Shown: positions 9,824 through 19,710 of the stretch, one piece after another
Layout of the letters: each line of letters opens with the position of its first letter
How positions within the stretch are numbered: the stretch's first letter is position 1
The notes under the pieces: generated by a model
Databases searched by the model: none
Told to the model about the DNA's origin: nothing
What the model saw: the letters and a program-made list of their open reading frames with translations, nothing else
Program-made: the position numbers and the translations under genes
NCBI GenBank assembly: GCA_028289405.1
Contig: JANQPP010000206.1
Span: 1,092 to 65,091 of the forward strand
Direction of reading: 5' to 3'
DNA length: 64,000 bases
Source: Pirellulales bacterium
GTDB lineage: Bacteria > Planctomycetota > Planctomycetia > Pirellulales > JANQPP01

Positions 9824-12358
9824 ATGACGTCGCGGCAAACGGCCATTGGCAATTGGAGCGTGTTCACCGTATTGGGGCTTGTGACGTTGAGCGGCGCGGC
9901 CGGCTTGACGCACGAATTGCTGTGGACACGCCGCCTCGTCGATTTGCTGGGCGCGGGACCTTTGGCCACGTCCCGTGTCTTCGCTTGTTTTTTCCTGGGC
10001 CTGTCGCTCGGCGCGGCCTTGGTTTCGCGGATCGTGGATCGCGTGAAGAACCCGTGGCGGGTGGCCGCCATCGCGGAAGGAATGGTGGCTCTCTTCACGC
10101 TTCCTATCTTTTTTCTGTCGCGCTGGGGGGATGTGGTCTGGCCCTGGCTGGGACCAGAAAATCTCGTGGGCTGGCAGGGGAGTTCGATCAAGCTTGTCCT
10201 TTGCTTTGTCACCGTGGTTCCGCCCGCGACAGCGATGGGGACAGTGCTGCCCCTTATCCTGGCGGTCATGCCCCTGGCCAGAGTCGCCAAGATTTCCACT
10301 CGGCTCTATGGCGCGAATACACTCGGCGGCGCCTTGGCCCTGCCTTTATGCTCCTGCCTGCTAGTACCCGCATTGGGCAGCTCCGGCTCACTCGCGGTGG
10401 CGATGACCGGCAATCTTATGTGTGCCCTGGTCTGTTTCGTGATTTCCTTGCGGCCTTTGGGGAGCTTGGATACAAACTCCTCCCGCACGAAAAAATCCCC
10501 TCAGAAAAATCAACCAACTCATGATCCCCAAATTAGCCTCATGGCACTGCTCTTTTGGGCTTTTTGGTCTGGCGCGGGAGTCATCGGTCTGGAAATTTTG
10601 GCCATACACTCGTTGGGACTGGTCGCCGTTTCATCCCTGCCGTCACATAGCGCGCTTCTGGCTCCGATTCTCCTGCTTCTCGCGCTAGCGGCGGTGTGTT
10701 GCCCCTTGATCATCCGACTCATTCCACGGCCTGAAAATCTATTGCGCTGGAGCTTAATCGCTGGAGGGCTTGTCGTGATGGCTACCCCCTTTCTGTTCCA
10801 GCAAGCGACGGACGGGCTACGCTTCCTTGGCACGGCACCCACGCTGTTTCACTACTTCGTCAATGCGGCGGGTTTGGTGTTCCGCTCCATGGCGCTGGCG
10901 TTCTTTCTCGCGGGCTTGGTATTTCCCACATTGCTGTACTTGGTGGGAAATCGATCAAGGGAAAAATCCGCTTCGACGATTTCCCTGCTGTTCGCGGCCA
11001 ACGGTGTCGGCGCCGTCGTGGGAGGAGATGTTACACAATTTGTATTGCTTCCCACGGTAGGATTGTCCGCCTCATACATGGTCTGGGGAATCCTCTACGC
11101 ATGGTCCGGATGCCTATGGGCGGTGAAGAAACCTTTCCGAACGGAACACCGCGGCGCGGGTTATGCGTTGGCCATCGGATTGGTCATCTACTCGGCGATC
11201 ACATGGTGGTTTCGGCCCGACGATTTTAACGCCCGCTATGGTTTCAAGCCCTTGGAAGTCCGCGCTGGTTGGGAAGGCGTGGTCGCGGCGGCTCAGCACG
11301 AAAAATTCGGCCGCGGCATCCTGATGAATAACCAGTATCTCTTGGGCAGCACGGCCGCGCTCGGCGATGAACAGCGGCAAGGATCCCTGCCATTGCTCTT
11401 GCATCAAGATCCACAAGAAGTCTGTTTCATCGGGCTGGCCACCGGGATAACGGCAGGATCCGCATTGCTCGACCCTCGCGTGAAACGAGTGACATCCGTG
11501 GAGATCGCGCCCACGGTGGTCGAATTGGCCGAAAAGCATTTTCCAGCGGAGAACAACGGCCTGCTCGCACATCCCAAATCCCGAATCGTCGTGGAGGATG
11601 GCCGAGCATATATGTTGGCCTGCCAAGGGGCGTTCGACCTGGTCGTGGCGGATTTGTACATGCCCTGGAACTTGGGCGAGGGCCGTCTTTATTCCAGGGA
11701 ACATTTCCTGGCGATCCGGTCCGCGTTAAAGAAGGGTGGGCTTTTTTGCCAATGGCTGCCGATGCACCAGTTGGAACCGCCTCAATTCGAGGTCATTCTC
11801 CGCACAATGCAAGAAGCCTTTCCCAATGTCCACCTGTGGCGCGGAAACCTGAAGCCGGAAAACGCGATCTTGGGCCTCATCGCGTTCAAGGATGGAAGGC
11901 TCGATTGGGACATCGCTTTCGAGAATTGCGCTGCGGCGAGGAAGTTCGACAAGGTAAAAGACCCCGCGCTGCGTCACCCCGAGGGGCTCGCTTTGCTCTA
12001 CTTGGGATCCATGACGGACATCCGCGAAGAGGTCCGAATCAACACCTTGGAAAACAACTGGCTAGAAATCGATGCGGGGAGCCATCGCATCACGGGAAAC
12101 TTAAGGGACAAGTATCTGCGAGATACCCGCTGGCTGGCGTTCGTCGAGAAACTCTTCGTCGACAATCGCTCGCAAAAAGATTCCCTGCCAGACGATTTCC
12201 AACATTGGCCAGAACTTGCACGGGAAATTGAGCGGGGACGCATCGCCCAGCAGTCGGGGCAAAACGTTCGCGACACCCTGAAAAACGTCGCCGAACAACT
12301 CTCGCCCGCGATGAAGCAAGATCTCGGTGCGGACTGGCAACTCTGGCCCGCAAACTGA
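9824..12358 (+). CDS. Fused polytopic membrane domain / spermidine-synthase-like (SAM-MTase fold) protein
   Basis: Start refined to 'MTSRQTAIGNWSVFTVLGL'. About 12 predicted TM helices in the N-terminal 480 aa. C-terminal region 'VCFIGLATGITAGSALLDPRVKRVTSVEIAPTVVELAEKHF...VVEDGRAYM...FDLVVADLYMPW' resembles spermidine synthase / aminopropyltransferase. Confidence 0.7.
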   Translation: MTSRQTAIGNWSVFTVLGLVTLSGAAGLTHELLWTRRLVDLLGAGPLATSRVFACFFLGLSLGAALVSRIVDRVKNPWRVAAIAEGMVALFTLPIFFLSRWGDVVWPWLGPENLVGWQGSSIKLVLCFVTVVPPATAMGTVLPLILAVMPLARVAKISTRLYGANTLGGALALPLCSCLLVPALGSSGSLAVAMTGNLMCALVCFVISLRPLGSLDTNSSRTKKSPQKNQPTHDPQISLMALLFWAFWSGAGVIGLEILAIHSLGLVAVSSLPSHSALLAPILLLLALAAVCCPLIIRLIPRPENLLRWSLIAGGLVVMATPFLFQQATDGLRFLGTAPTLFHYFVNAAGLVFRSMALAFFLAGLVFPTLLYLVGNRSREKSASTISLLFAANGVGAVVGGDVTQFVLLPTVGLSASYMVWGILYAWSGCLWAVKKPFRTEHRGAGYALAIGLVIYSAITWWFRPDDFNARYGFKPLEVRAGWEGVVAAAQHEKFGRGILMNNQYLLGSTAALGDEQRQGSLPLLLHQDPQEVCFIGLATGITAGSALLDPRVKRVTSVEIAPTVVELAEKHFPAENNGLLAHPKSRIVVEDGRAYMLACQGAFDLVVADLYMPWNLGEGRLYSREHFLAIRSALKKGGLFCQWLPMHQLEPPQFEVILRTMQEAFPNVHLWRGNLKPENAILGLIAFKDGRLDWDIAFENCAAARKFDKVKDPALRHPEGLALLYLGSMTDIREEVRINTLENNWLEIDAGSHRITGNLRDKYLRDTRWLAFVEKLFVDNRSQKDSLPDDFQHWPELAREIERGRIAQQSGQNVRDTLKNVAEQLSPAMKQDLGADWQLWPAN

Positions 12359-12395
12359 CGACCCAAAGCAACGGCGATTTTGCCCTTTTCGGCAG

Positions 12396-13850
12396 TTATT
12401 CACCTTGGCCCAGTGAATAGGCCCGCTCACCGTTCAACGTGCAGAGATTTTCGGTCTTGATGAAATCCAAATCCGCCTCGGCAACGCGGCTGAGCAAGGA
12501 AACAATCTGCGTGTGCTGTACGGGTTGTCCCTCCGTTTCCGCGACGAACCGGCACCGCCAATGGTCCGTGCAGAAGGTTTCCGGAAATCCGTCGGGCCAC
12601 ACCTTCACTCCGCGATTGGTGATCATTTTGATCTTGAGACCGTTGCCGCTGACGGCCTGCAATTTGGCCCCCAGGTCCTCAGGAGCAATGCCCAGCTTGT
12701 GAATAAAGACATCCACACCCACGATCGCCTTTTCAGCGGGAGTCGTGGGAGTGATTTGAACCTCGATCGCTCCCGAACCTTCCTTACGATAGGTGACGGA
12801 CTTCAGAGTTTGTGGCTTCTGTCCCACCCGTTCGGAAACCGCGGCAGCGAATTCACTCGTGCCGACTTTTTGCTTGCTGTGCTCTTCGGAAAAGATGTCG
12901 TAGGTGTGAATTCCGTCCTCGATGGTTTTTAGCCAGGCGTTGTGGACGTTTTCCGCCACTTCCGGTTGGCCGAGATGCACGAGCATCATGATGGCTCCCT
13001 GCAACAGCCCGGAAGGGTTGGCCAGGTTTTGGCCCGCCCGGCGGGGAGCCGAACCGTGAATCGCCTCGAACATGGCAATCCCGTCGCCGATGTTCGCCGA
13101 ACCGGCCAGCCCTACCGAACCGGTAATCTGGGCGGCCACATCCGAAAGAATGTCGCCATACAGATTGGGCATCACGATCAAATCGAAGACTTCGGGGGAG
13201 GCGGCCATTTTCGCCGCGCCGATATCCACGATCCAATGCTCGTTTTCGATGTCCGAATATTCGGCGGCCACTTCGTCGAACACCTTGTGAAACAGCCCGT
13301 CGGTGAGCTTCATGATGTTGTCTTTGCTGAAGCAGGTCACCTTGCGGCGGTTGTTCGCCCGAGCGTACTCAAACGCGTAGCGGCAGATCCGCTCGCAACC
13401 GGGGCGGGAAATTAGCTTTAGGCATTGCGTGACTTCGTCCGTTTGCTGGTGCTCGATGCCCGCGTACGTGTCCTCCTCGTTTTCACGGACAATGATCACA
13501 TCCATCACGGGATGCTTCGTGGAAACGAAGGGATGGTAGGAGACACAGGGCCGGACGTTGGCGTACATCCCCAGTGTTTTGCGAACGGTGACGTTGAGGC
13601 TCTTAAACCCACCGCCCTGCGGCGTGGTGATGGGAGCCTTGAGGAATACCTTGGTGCGTCGCAGCGAATCCCAGGCATCCGGCGTAATCCCGGCGGTATG
13701 CCCCTTCTCGTAGACCTTCTCCCCAATCTCGATCTCTTCGATGGCCAGCCTGGCACCGGCGGCTTCGAGAATTTGAAGCGTGGCTTCCATGATTTCCGGA
13801 CCAATGCCGTCGCCACGGGCCACGGTAATGGGAGTCGCTGCTGGGTTCAT
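12396..13850 (-). CDS. icd: Isocitrate dehydrogenase with C-terminal extension of about 130 aa
   Basis: Start refined to internal ATG (M138 of track ORF), 'MNPAATPITVARGDGIGPEIMEA'. Isocitrate/isopropylmalate dehydrogenase motifs 'NLYGDILSDVAAQITGSVGLAGSANIG'. Confidence 0.8.
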   Translation of the reverse strand: MNPAATPITVARGDGIGPEIMEATLQILEAAGARLAIEEIEIGEKVYEKGHTAGITPDAWDSLRRTKVFLKAPITTPQGGGFKSLNVTVRKTLGMYANVRPCVSYHPFVSTKHPVMDVIIVRENEEDTYAGIEHQQTDEVTQCLKLISRPGCERICRYAFEYARANNRRKVTCFSKDNIMKLTDGLFHKVFDEVAAEYSDIENEHWIVDIGAAKMAASPEVFDLIVMPNLYGDILSDVAAQITGSVGLAGSANIGDGIAMFEAIHGSAPRRAGQNLANPSGLLQGAIMMLVHLGQPEVAENVHNAWLKTIEDGIHTYDIFSEEHSKQKVGTSEFAAAVSERVGQKPQTLKSVTYRKEGSGAIEVQITPTTPAEKAIVGVDVFIHKLGIAPEDLGAKLQAVSGNGLKIKMITNRGVKVWPDGFPETFCTDHWRCRFVAETEGQPVQHTQIVSLLSRVAEADLDFIKTENLCTLNGERAYSLGQGE

Positions 13851-14335
13851 GGTATTCCTTTGTTGATCGGAAGCGGATCGTCTGAATCGTGCTGGCTGGA
13901 AAGGATATCCTCGAAACTCTAGGTCATGGGAAACACGCCGGATTCCCGCCAAAAAATCGGCGGTGCCAGTGTAAACCATCCCTTCCGAACCGAGAAGTGC
14001 CGCGCGGGAAAGGCCGGGCAACGGCCACCGAAGTAGGGAACGAGCAGTGCGGCACGGCAACCAATGAGGCTGCCAGGGTTTTCGAAGAAGTCGCAAACGT
14101 TGGCCTGATCCACATTCAAAGGGCCGAGTTTGGCATAAAGTCTCTTTGTTCCCTTGGCTGTCATCCGTATGAATCCCTATTCTCGATCTCCATGTCTTTG
14201 GCCTTGCTGTGATATTGAAGGCCATCCGAGAGGCTGTCCGAGGTTCGGATTGACTCCGCAAGAGACGCTTGTTAGTTACGTCTTAAATCGGTCGGATCCC
14301 ATGTTCAAGGGACGCAAGCGGGAGCAAATATCGAA

Positions 14336-15898
14336 ATGGCTCACCATGGTAAGTTGGCTTGTGCGTGGCGATCCTTCGAACGGCTTGAGCGCCGTGACAT
14401 GATGTCCGTGGGCGGCCCACAGGAGGCTCCGCCATTTTGTCCTCCGGACACTTTCGATGTCGGAAACAGCCAATGGTCTGCGGTTGTCGCATCGCCAGTC
14501 GCAACTCGAGACGATACCTTTATCGTGGCCGAGGATGGAACTGGCGTCATTCTTTCCCGACGGACGGAATTGAAGTTCAACGAGCAAGGGGAAGTGCTTA
14601 CCGCCGGTGGCGGTCGAGTTCTTGGATACCAGACTCTTGATGGACATCTGATGGATGAAACAGCCGGCCCTCTAACTTTGCCCGCAGGATTTGCCTGGCG
14701 AAACAAACCGACTGGAAGAATCCGCTTTGAAGGCCAGTTGAGCGTTCCTGGGAATGCACCTGCGTCATCCAACGTTATCTCATCGGCCCGTCTGATTGAC
14801 TTGGCACATGGTCAGGCTCCCGCCTCATTGCAAACGTTGTTGATCGACGTGGCCCGTGAGAGCCATTCTCTCGAAAGCCACGCGTCAAATGAGCCGTTGT
14901 TCAAGGTCGGGAACCTGGAATTCCACGGCCATGTTGGCGGCAGTAAGCTACGTTCTTCGTCATTCGTGATTTTCGAGCAAACAACTATCCACGATTTGCT
15001 CGGCTTTCTGGAAAAGTCGCTAGGGATTCATAAACCGTCAGGAGACAATACGACTCCCACCGAAGCGCCAACGCCAGGCGCGACGATAGCCGATGGCCAT
15101 ATCCAGATTGTGAGCAACCCAGGAAAATCCAATGCGGTAAAAATTCGTCTAGAAAGCGTTCGACAAACTGTCGATCAAGCAGAGACAATCATTCGCTTGG
15201 ATTTTGGAGAGATCACTGAATCACGGGGCGCGAGTGCTGACTCCGATGCCACCATATTTGACAGGCGCGGAGTGCCCTTTCACGTTCGCGTGAGTGTCGT
15301 TGAAGGACAACACGACGGTCAATCATCATATCGATGGTATCTTCGAGCGTGGCACCCGCTCAATGAATTCCCCGTGGTTCGCTCCGGAGAAATCCGGTTC
15401 GATGAGGACGGCCGCCATGCTCAAACCACGAACGCTTCAATCGAAATCTCCTATGGCACGAGCACGCTGGAGAGCATGCGGATCCATTTGGATTTTCACA
15501 ATCTCACGGTGTTAGGCTCATCGGATTTGTCCATCGCCACCTCGTTTCAGGATGGCGCCCCCTTGGGCACGCCTACATCACTGTTTGTGACGACAACTGG
15601 AGCCGTCGTGCTACGTTATTCCAACGGCTTGTCAAATCGAGTTGGTCAACTGGCAATCGCCACGATCAATGATTGGGCGCAAATTTTGCCCAATGGACCA
15701 GGCCATTTCCGTCCGATCAGCGATGCGGCATTCCGTTTCGAGCCGCCGACCGACCAGCCATTCCTGGATTCGAATTCGGCTAGTGTTTTTGACGTATTTT
15801 TCTCGTCATTCGGCGGTGCCGACAGCCGAGCTGATTTGAATGGAGATGGAAGGATCGACTTAAAGGACTTCATGCTCGCCAAACAAGCATTCCTTTAG
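14336..15898 (+). CDS. Hypothetical secreted protein with C-terminal dockerin-like Ca-binding motif
   Basis: 520 aa; C-terminus 'DLNGDGRIDLKDFMLAKQAFL'. No catalytic motifs recognised; true start may be an internal Met. Confidence 0.45.
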   Translation: MAHHGKLACAWRSFERLERRDMMSVGGPQEAPPFCPPDTFDVGNSQWSAVVASPVATRDDTFIVAEDGTGVILSRRTELKFNEQGEVLTAGGGRVLGYQTLDGHLMDETAGPLTLPAGFAWRNKPTGRIRFEGQLSVPGNAPASSNVISSARLIDLAHGQAPASLQTLLIDVARESHSLESHASNEPLFKVGNLEFHGHVGGSKLRSSSFVIFEQTTIHDLLGFLEKSLGIHKPSGDNTTPTEAPTPGATIADGHIQIVSNPGKSNAVKIRLESVRQTVDQAETIIRLDFGEITESRGASADSDATIFDRRGVPFHVRVSVVEGQHDGQSSYRWYLRAWHPLNEFPVVRSGEIRFDEDGRHAQTTNASIEISYGTSTLESMRIHLDFHNLTVLGSSDLSIATSFQDGAPLGTPTSLFVTTTGAVVLRYSNGLSNRVGQLAIATINDWAQILPNGPGHFRPISDAAFRFEPPTDQPFLDSNSASVFDVFFSSFGGADSRADLNGDGRIDLKDFMLAKQAFL

Positions 15899-15989
15899 CC
15901 CGCTTGCCGTTCTCGGAATGGGCTTTCGTGCCAAGCCATTACTTTTGCGGATAGTTGGTATGTGAGTGCATGCCGATTCCGATCCATCT

Positions 15990-16958
15990 CTATCCCAGCA
16001 CTTGGGGGAGCCATTTCTCCAAATCGGCAGGAAGCGGCGTGTCGAAACGGAGAAACTCTCCGGTGCGGGGATGGTGGAAGCCGAGCATCGCGGCATGCAG
16101 GGCCAGGCGCGGCGCGCGGCTGCGGTCCGGGATGATTTCGCCTTGTCTTGTGCGGCGGTACACTTTGTCGCCACAGAGCGGGTGGCCGCGCTCCGCCAAG
16201 TGAATTCGGATTTGGTGCGTGCGTCCCGTTTCCAGACGGCACTGCACGAGTGTGTGGCTTTCACCTTGCCGAATGGGGCGCACATGCGTGACCGCGTGTT
16301 TGCCTTGCCCCGGTTCGTCGGTTCCACCCCGCCGCCCATCCCCACGGTCGCGGATGAGCCGCGATTCGATCGTGGCAGAGGCGACATGACCGTAGGCCGC
16401 CGCCAAATAAAGCCGCTCGGTGGAGTGTGCCCGAAATTGCGAGCCCAAGTGCCGTTCGGAGGGCACATTCCTGGCGAAAACCATCACGCCGCTCGTCTCG
16501 CGGTCCAGCCGGTGGACGGGCCGGATGACCGCCTGGCGCGGCCGGGTATGGCGAGTTTTTCGCGGAGCATTGCGGGGGCCCAGCCGCTGGGAGAGATACT
16601 CGTCCAAGGTCGGCTGGATCTGCCGCCTCTTGGCAGGCCAGGAATTTTCCTCGCGATGCCTGACCGAGGTAACGCCGGCGGGCTTTTCGACGACGACCAC
16701 ATCTCGGTCCTCGTAGAGGATACGAATGTCCTGGATCCTTGGCGGCGCGGGAGCGGGATGCGGCAGCAATTTCACGACTTCTCCCCCCTTCAGCCGGCGG
16801 CCACCATCGGTGCAAAGATTGCCATCCACCAACACGCGGCGGTTCTTCACAAGCCGTTGAACCTCCGACCAAGCATGTCCAGGCAGGCAGCGTCGTAAGT
16901 TCGCGGCCAGCGTTTGCCGGGCACCACTGGCCCCGATATGGTAAACGTCCTTTGGCAT
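15990..16958 (-). CDS. RluA-family 23S rRNA pseudouridine synthase (RluD-like, with S4 domain)
   Basis: 322 aa; S4-like N-terminus, 'VVVVEKPAGV', catalytic 'VHRLDRETSGVMVFARN'. Confidence 0.8.
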   Translation of the reverse strand: MPKDVYHIGASGARQTLAANLRRCLPGHAWSEVQRLVKNRRVLVDGNLCTDGGRRLKGGEVVKLLPHPAPAPPRIQDIRILYEDRDVVVVEKPAGVTSVRHREENSWPAKRRQIQPTLDEYLSQRLGPRNAPRKTRHTRPRQAVIRPVHRLDRETSGVMVFARNVPSERHLGSQFRAHSTERLYLAAAYGHVASATIESRLIRDRGDGRRGGTDEPGQGKHAVTHVRPIRQGESHTLVQCRLETGRTHQIRIHLAERGHPLCGDKVYRRTRQGEIIPDRSRAPRLALHAAMLGFHHPRTGEFLRFDTPLPADLEKWLPQVLG

Positions 16959-17153
16959 GCCTCGAAGCCGTTGATGTTTCCGGGCTAGGTGGAGCAGGGA
17001 TTTCGATCCGCGCCGAACATGTGCATCGGCAAACCGACGGGCCAGATGCCGCCTCTCCCGAGGATGGATACAATATAATAACTAGCCGCATGTGGCGCGT
17101 CAGGCGTTCCGCCATTGCATGCTTGTTGATTTCCAGCCAGACAGGACAAGACG

Positions 17154-18092
17154 ATGTGGAAACCGCGCGGCGTGGGCTGGCCCATCGCCTTGACCATCGT
17201 AATGATCGTGCTCTTGGCGGCGGTCATGACGGGTTGGATTTTGGGCTTCATTCATCTGGCAGCCCAATCTCCTCTGCGGTCCGGGTGGTACTGGTTCGCC
17301 TTGGCCATGGGCACCACGTTTCTGGCCCTGATCCTAGTCGGCGTGGTGCTCCATATGTCCATTTCCGTGAAGGAGATCCGGCTGAGCCAGCGGCAGGCCA
17401 ATTTCATCGACAGCGTGACGCACGAATTGAAATCCCCCATCGCTTCGCTCAAGTTGTATTTGCAAACTTTGGACCGTCGCGCGCTGACGGACGGAGAACG
17501 CGCGGCGTTTCAGAAATACATGATGGAAGACGTGGAGCGATTGCACACGCTGATTAACCACCTCTTGGACGCGGCTCGGGCGCAACACGCGCCAACCGAA
17601 GAGGAATTGGTAGAAGTGGAAGTCAAGTCGGTCCTGGAACGCTGTGCCGAGGCGATTCGCTCCAAATACCTGCTTCCTCCGGATGCCGTGCGGCTGGAAG
17701 CTACCGCGGCCATCGTGCGCGGGCGGCCCGTCGAAGTCGAGATGATCTTTCGCAATATCATCGATAACGCGGTCAAATACGCGGAAGGGGTCCCGGAAGT
17801 GCGTATCGAGTCTTGCCCGGATGAACAGGGCCAAGTTCGGACGCGGATCCTGGACAACGGTCCCGGCATTCCGGCCCGGTGGCGGCGGAAAATTTTCGGA
17901 CGTTTCGTCCGGCTGGGGAACGAACTAGAACGCTCGAAACAGGGGACCGGACTGGGGCTGTACATCGTGCATACGCTCGTGCGACGGATGAAGGGGCGCG
18001 TGTTCGTGCGGGACCGGGGAGTTCAAACCGGTACTGAATTCGAAGTGCTGCTTCCCAGTGGCGCGGCGGATGCCAAGGAGCGCGCGGCGTGA
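17154..18092 (+). CDS. Sensor histidine kinase (2 TM + HisKA + HATPase_c)
   Basis: 312 aa; H-box 'VTHELKSPIASL', N/G boxes 'IIDNAVKYA', 'DNGPGIP', 'GTGLGLYIV'. Stop overlaps regulator start (ATGA). Confidence 0.8.
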   Translation: MWKPRGVGWPIALTIVMIVLLAAVMTGWILGFIHLAAQSPLRSGWYWFALAMGTTFLALILVGVVLHMSISVKEIRLSQRQANFIDSVTHELKSPIASLKLYLQTLDRRALTDGERAAFQKYMMEDVERLHTLINHLLDAARAQHAPTEEELVEVEVKSVLERCAEAIRSKYLLPPDAVRLEATAAIVRGRPVEVEMIFRNIIDNAVKYAEGVPEVRIESCPDEQGQVRTRILDNGPGIPARWRRKIFGRFVRLGNELERSKQGTGLGLYIVHTLVRRMKGRVFVRDRGVQTGTEFEVLLPSGAADAKERAA

Positions 18093-18838
18093 TGTCTTCT
18101 TCCGCTGGAGAAAACGGGGTTCGTGTCCTCGTGGTGGAGGACGAATCCCATTTGGCCATCGGCATCAAATACAATCTCGAAGCGGAAGGCTACGAGGCCA
18201 TCGTGGCCCCTGATGGTCCCACGGCACTGCGGGAGTTCGAAGAGGCCCAGCGCGCGGAAAAACCGTTCGATTTGGTGGTCCTGGACCTGATGCTACCGGG
18301 GATGAGCGGATACGCGGTGTGCGAAGCGCTGCGTTCGGAGCACGCAGTGCCCATCCTGATCTTAAGCGCGCGGACCTTGGTGGAAGACCGGATCCGTGGC
18401 TACGACTTGGGAGCCGACCATTTCCTGCAAAAGCCTTTCGATCTGGAAGAACTGCTCAGCATCGCGCGGAACCTCTTGCAGCGCCATCGCAATGGTATCT
18501 GGGATGCTTCGCGAGGCTCTTCGGATTGCATCGAGTTTGGCGCGGCGCGGATCAATTTCGAAACCTTTGAAGCTTCGTTCAAGGATGAGCCACGCAAATT
18601 GACCGCCACGCAAATGAAGCTGTTGCGTTATCTGGTGGAGGCGGAGGGGCGTGTCGTGACCCGCAATGAGTTGCTGAAGCATGTCTGGGGGATGGAACAT
18701 CATCCCTCCACGCGGACGGTGGACAACTTTATTCTTGATCTGCGAAAGTCGTTTGAGGAAGACCCTTCTCAGCCACAACACTTCCTCAGCGTCCGGGGCA
18801 TTGGCTACCGCTTCGTGGCAGAAGCGAACCAAGATTAA
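18089..18838 (+). CDS. OmpR-family response regulator
   Basis: 249 aa; receiver 'VLVVEDE...DLVVLDLMLPGMSG'; winged-helix 'LLRYLVEAEGRVVTRNELL...GIGYRF'. Confidence 0.85.
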   Translation: MMSSSAGENGVRVLVVEDESHLAIGIKYNLEAEGYEAIVAPDGPTALREFEEAQRAEKPFDLVVLDLMLPGMSGYAVCEALRSEHAVPILILSARTLVEDRIRGYDLGADHFLQKPFDLEELLSIARNLLQRHRNGIWDASRGSSDCIEFGAARINFETFEASFKDEPRKLTATQMKLLRYLVEAEGRVVTRNELLKHVWGMEHHPSTRTVDNFILDLRKSFEEDPSQPQHFLSVRGIGYRFVAEANQD

Positions 18839-19710
18839 GTACGGTTGGCGTGAATTCTCCCTTGCGGTCTGGGGGATTCCCGGTCCCCCTTCATGGGCCA
18901 GCGCGGCACAATCCCTACAAACGGCGCCAGCGCTGCGGAATCCTCTACTTTATGCAGTGTGTAGCGGTCTCGTGGAAAGAAAGCACCGCGCCAAGCACGA
19001 TCATCATGTTGGATCGCACGGCATTAGGGGTTTTGGGGCAATGACCTTGAAGTCTCGCCGAAAGAAGCATGTAGCACATGCCGCGGCGGTCGAAATTTCC
19101 AGGGCTGTGGATCGGCTGGAAACACGTCAAGAACATCATCTTCGTCGCGCGCAACGAGGAGTCGCTTCCCTCGGGCGTTTGGGTGCCAAAGCGCGAAGAA
19201 GGTGGGGAACCGCTCCCGCTCGACGGATTCCAGCCGACCACGCGCCGGGAAATCTGATCTCCCAAACCTCCACCGCATCGGTCTGACATCGTTTCTTCAC
19301 CGCTAACGGGTTTCTTCCTTAAGCATTCTACTGGCTCGCGCCGCGCCGAGGTCGACATCCGTCGCAGAATGCAAGTCCGTCGAAAGAAACATCTGCCTGG
19401 GTTTTTTTGAAGTTCATGTCCAGGTTGGCTCGCATTGCCATGGCCAAATCACGCGCGGCCGGTGTGGTGTAACAAAGAAAGATTGTCGCGAATTTGAGCA
19501 TCCCTTCCGGTGCCGCGGCAGCCTGCTGCTCACAAGAAGCTCGGGACGATTCGCGTTTCTCGGGTGACACGGGGACCGTGGAGATGGTAGTTTGGTAGAC
19601 CATCGACACTGGTCGTCGGCCGCGAGCACAACTCGTGGCCGATTCACACATCCCACGACCGACCACGCTTGGTTTCTCGCCAGGCTTGGCAAGACCAGCA
19701 GAGAGGAAAC

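Noticed and set aside
15966-17115. 310-aa plus-strand and 284-aa minus-strand ORFs overlapping the RluA gene
   Set aside because: Alternative frames or strand of a gene with clear RluA catalytic motifs; Arg/Pro/Gly-rich.
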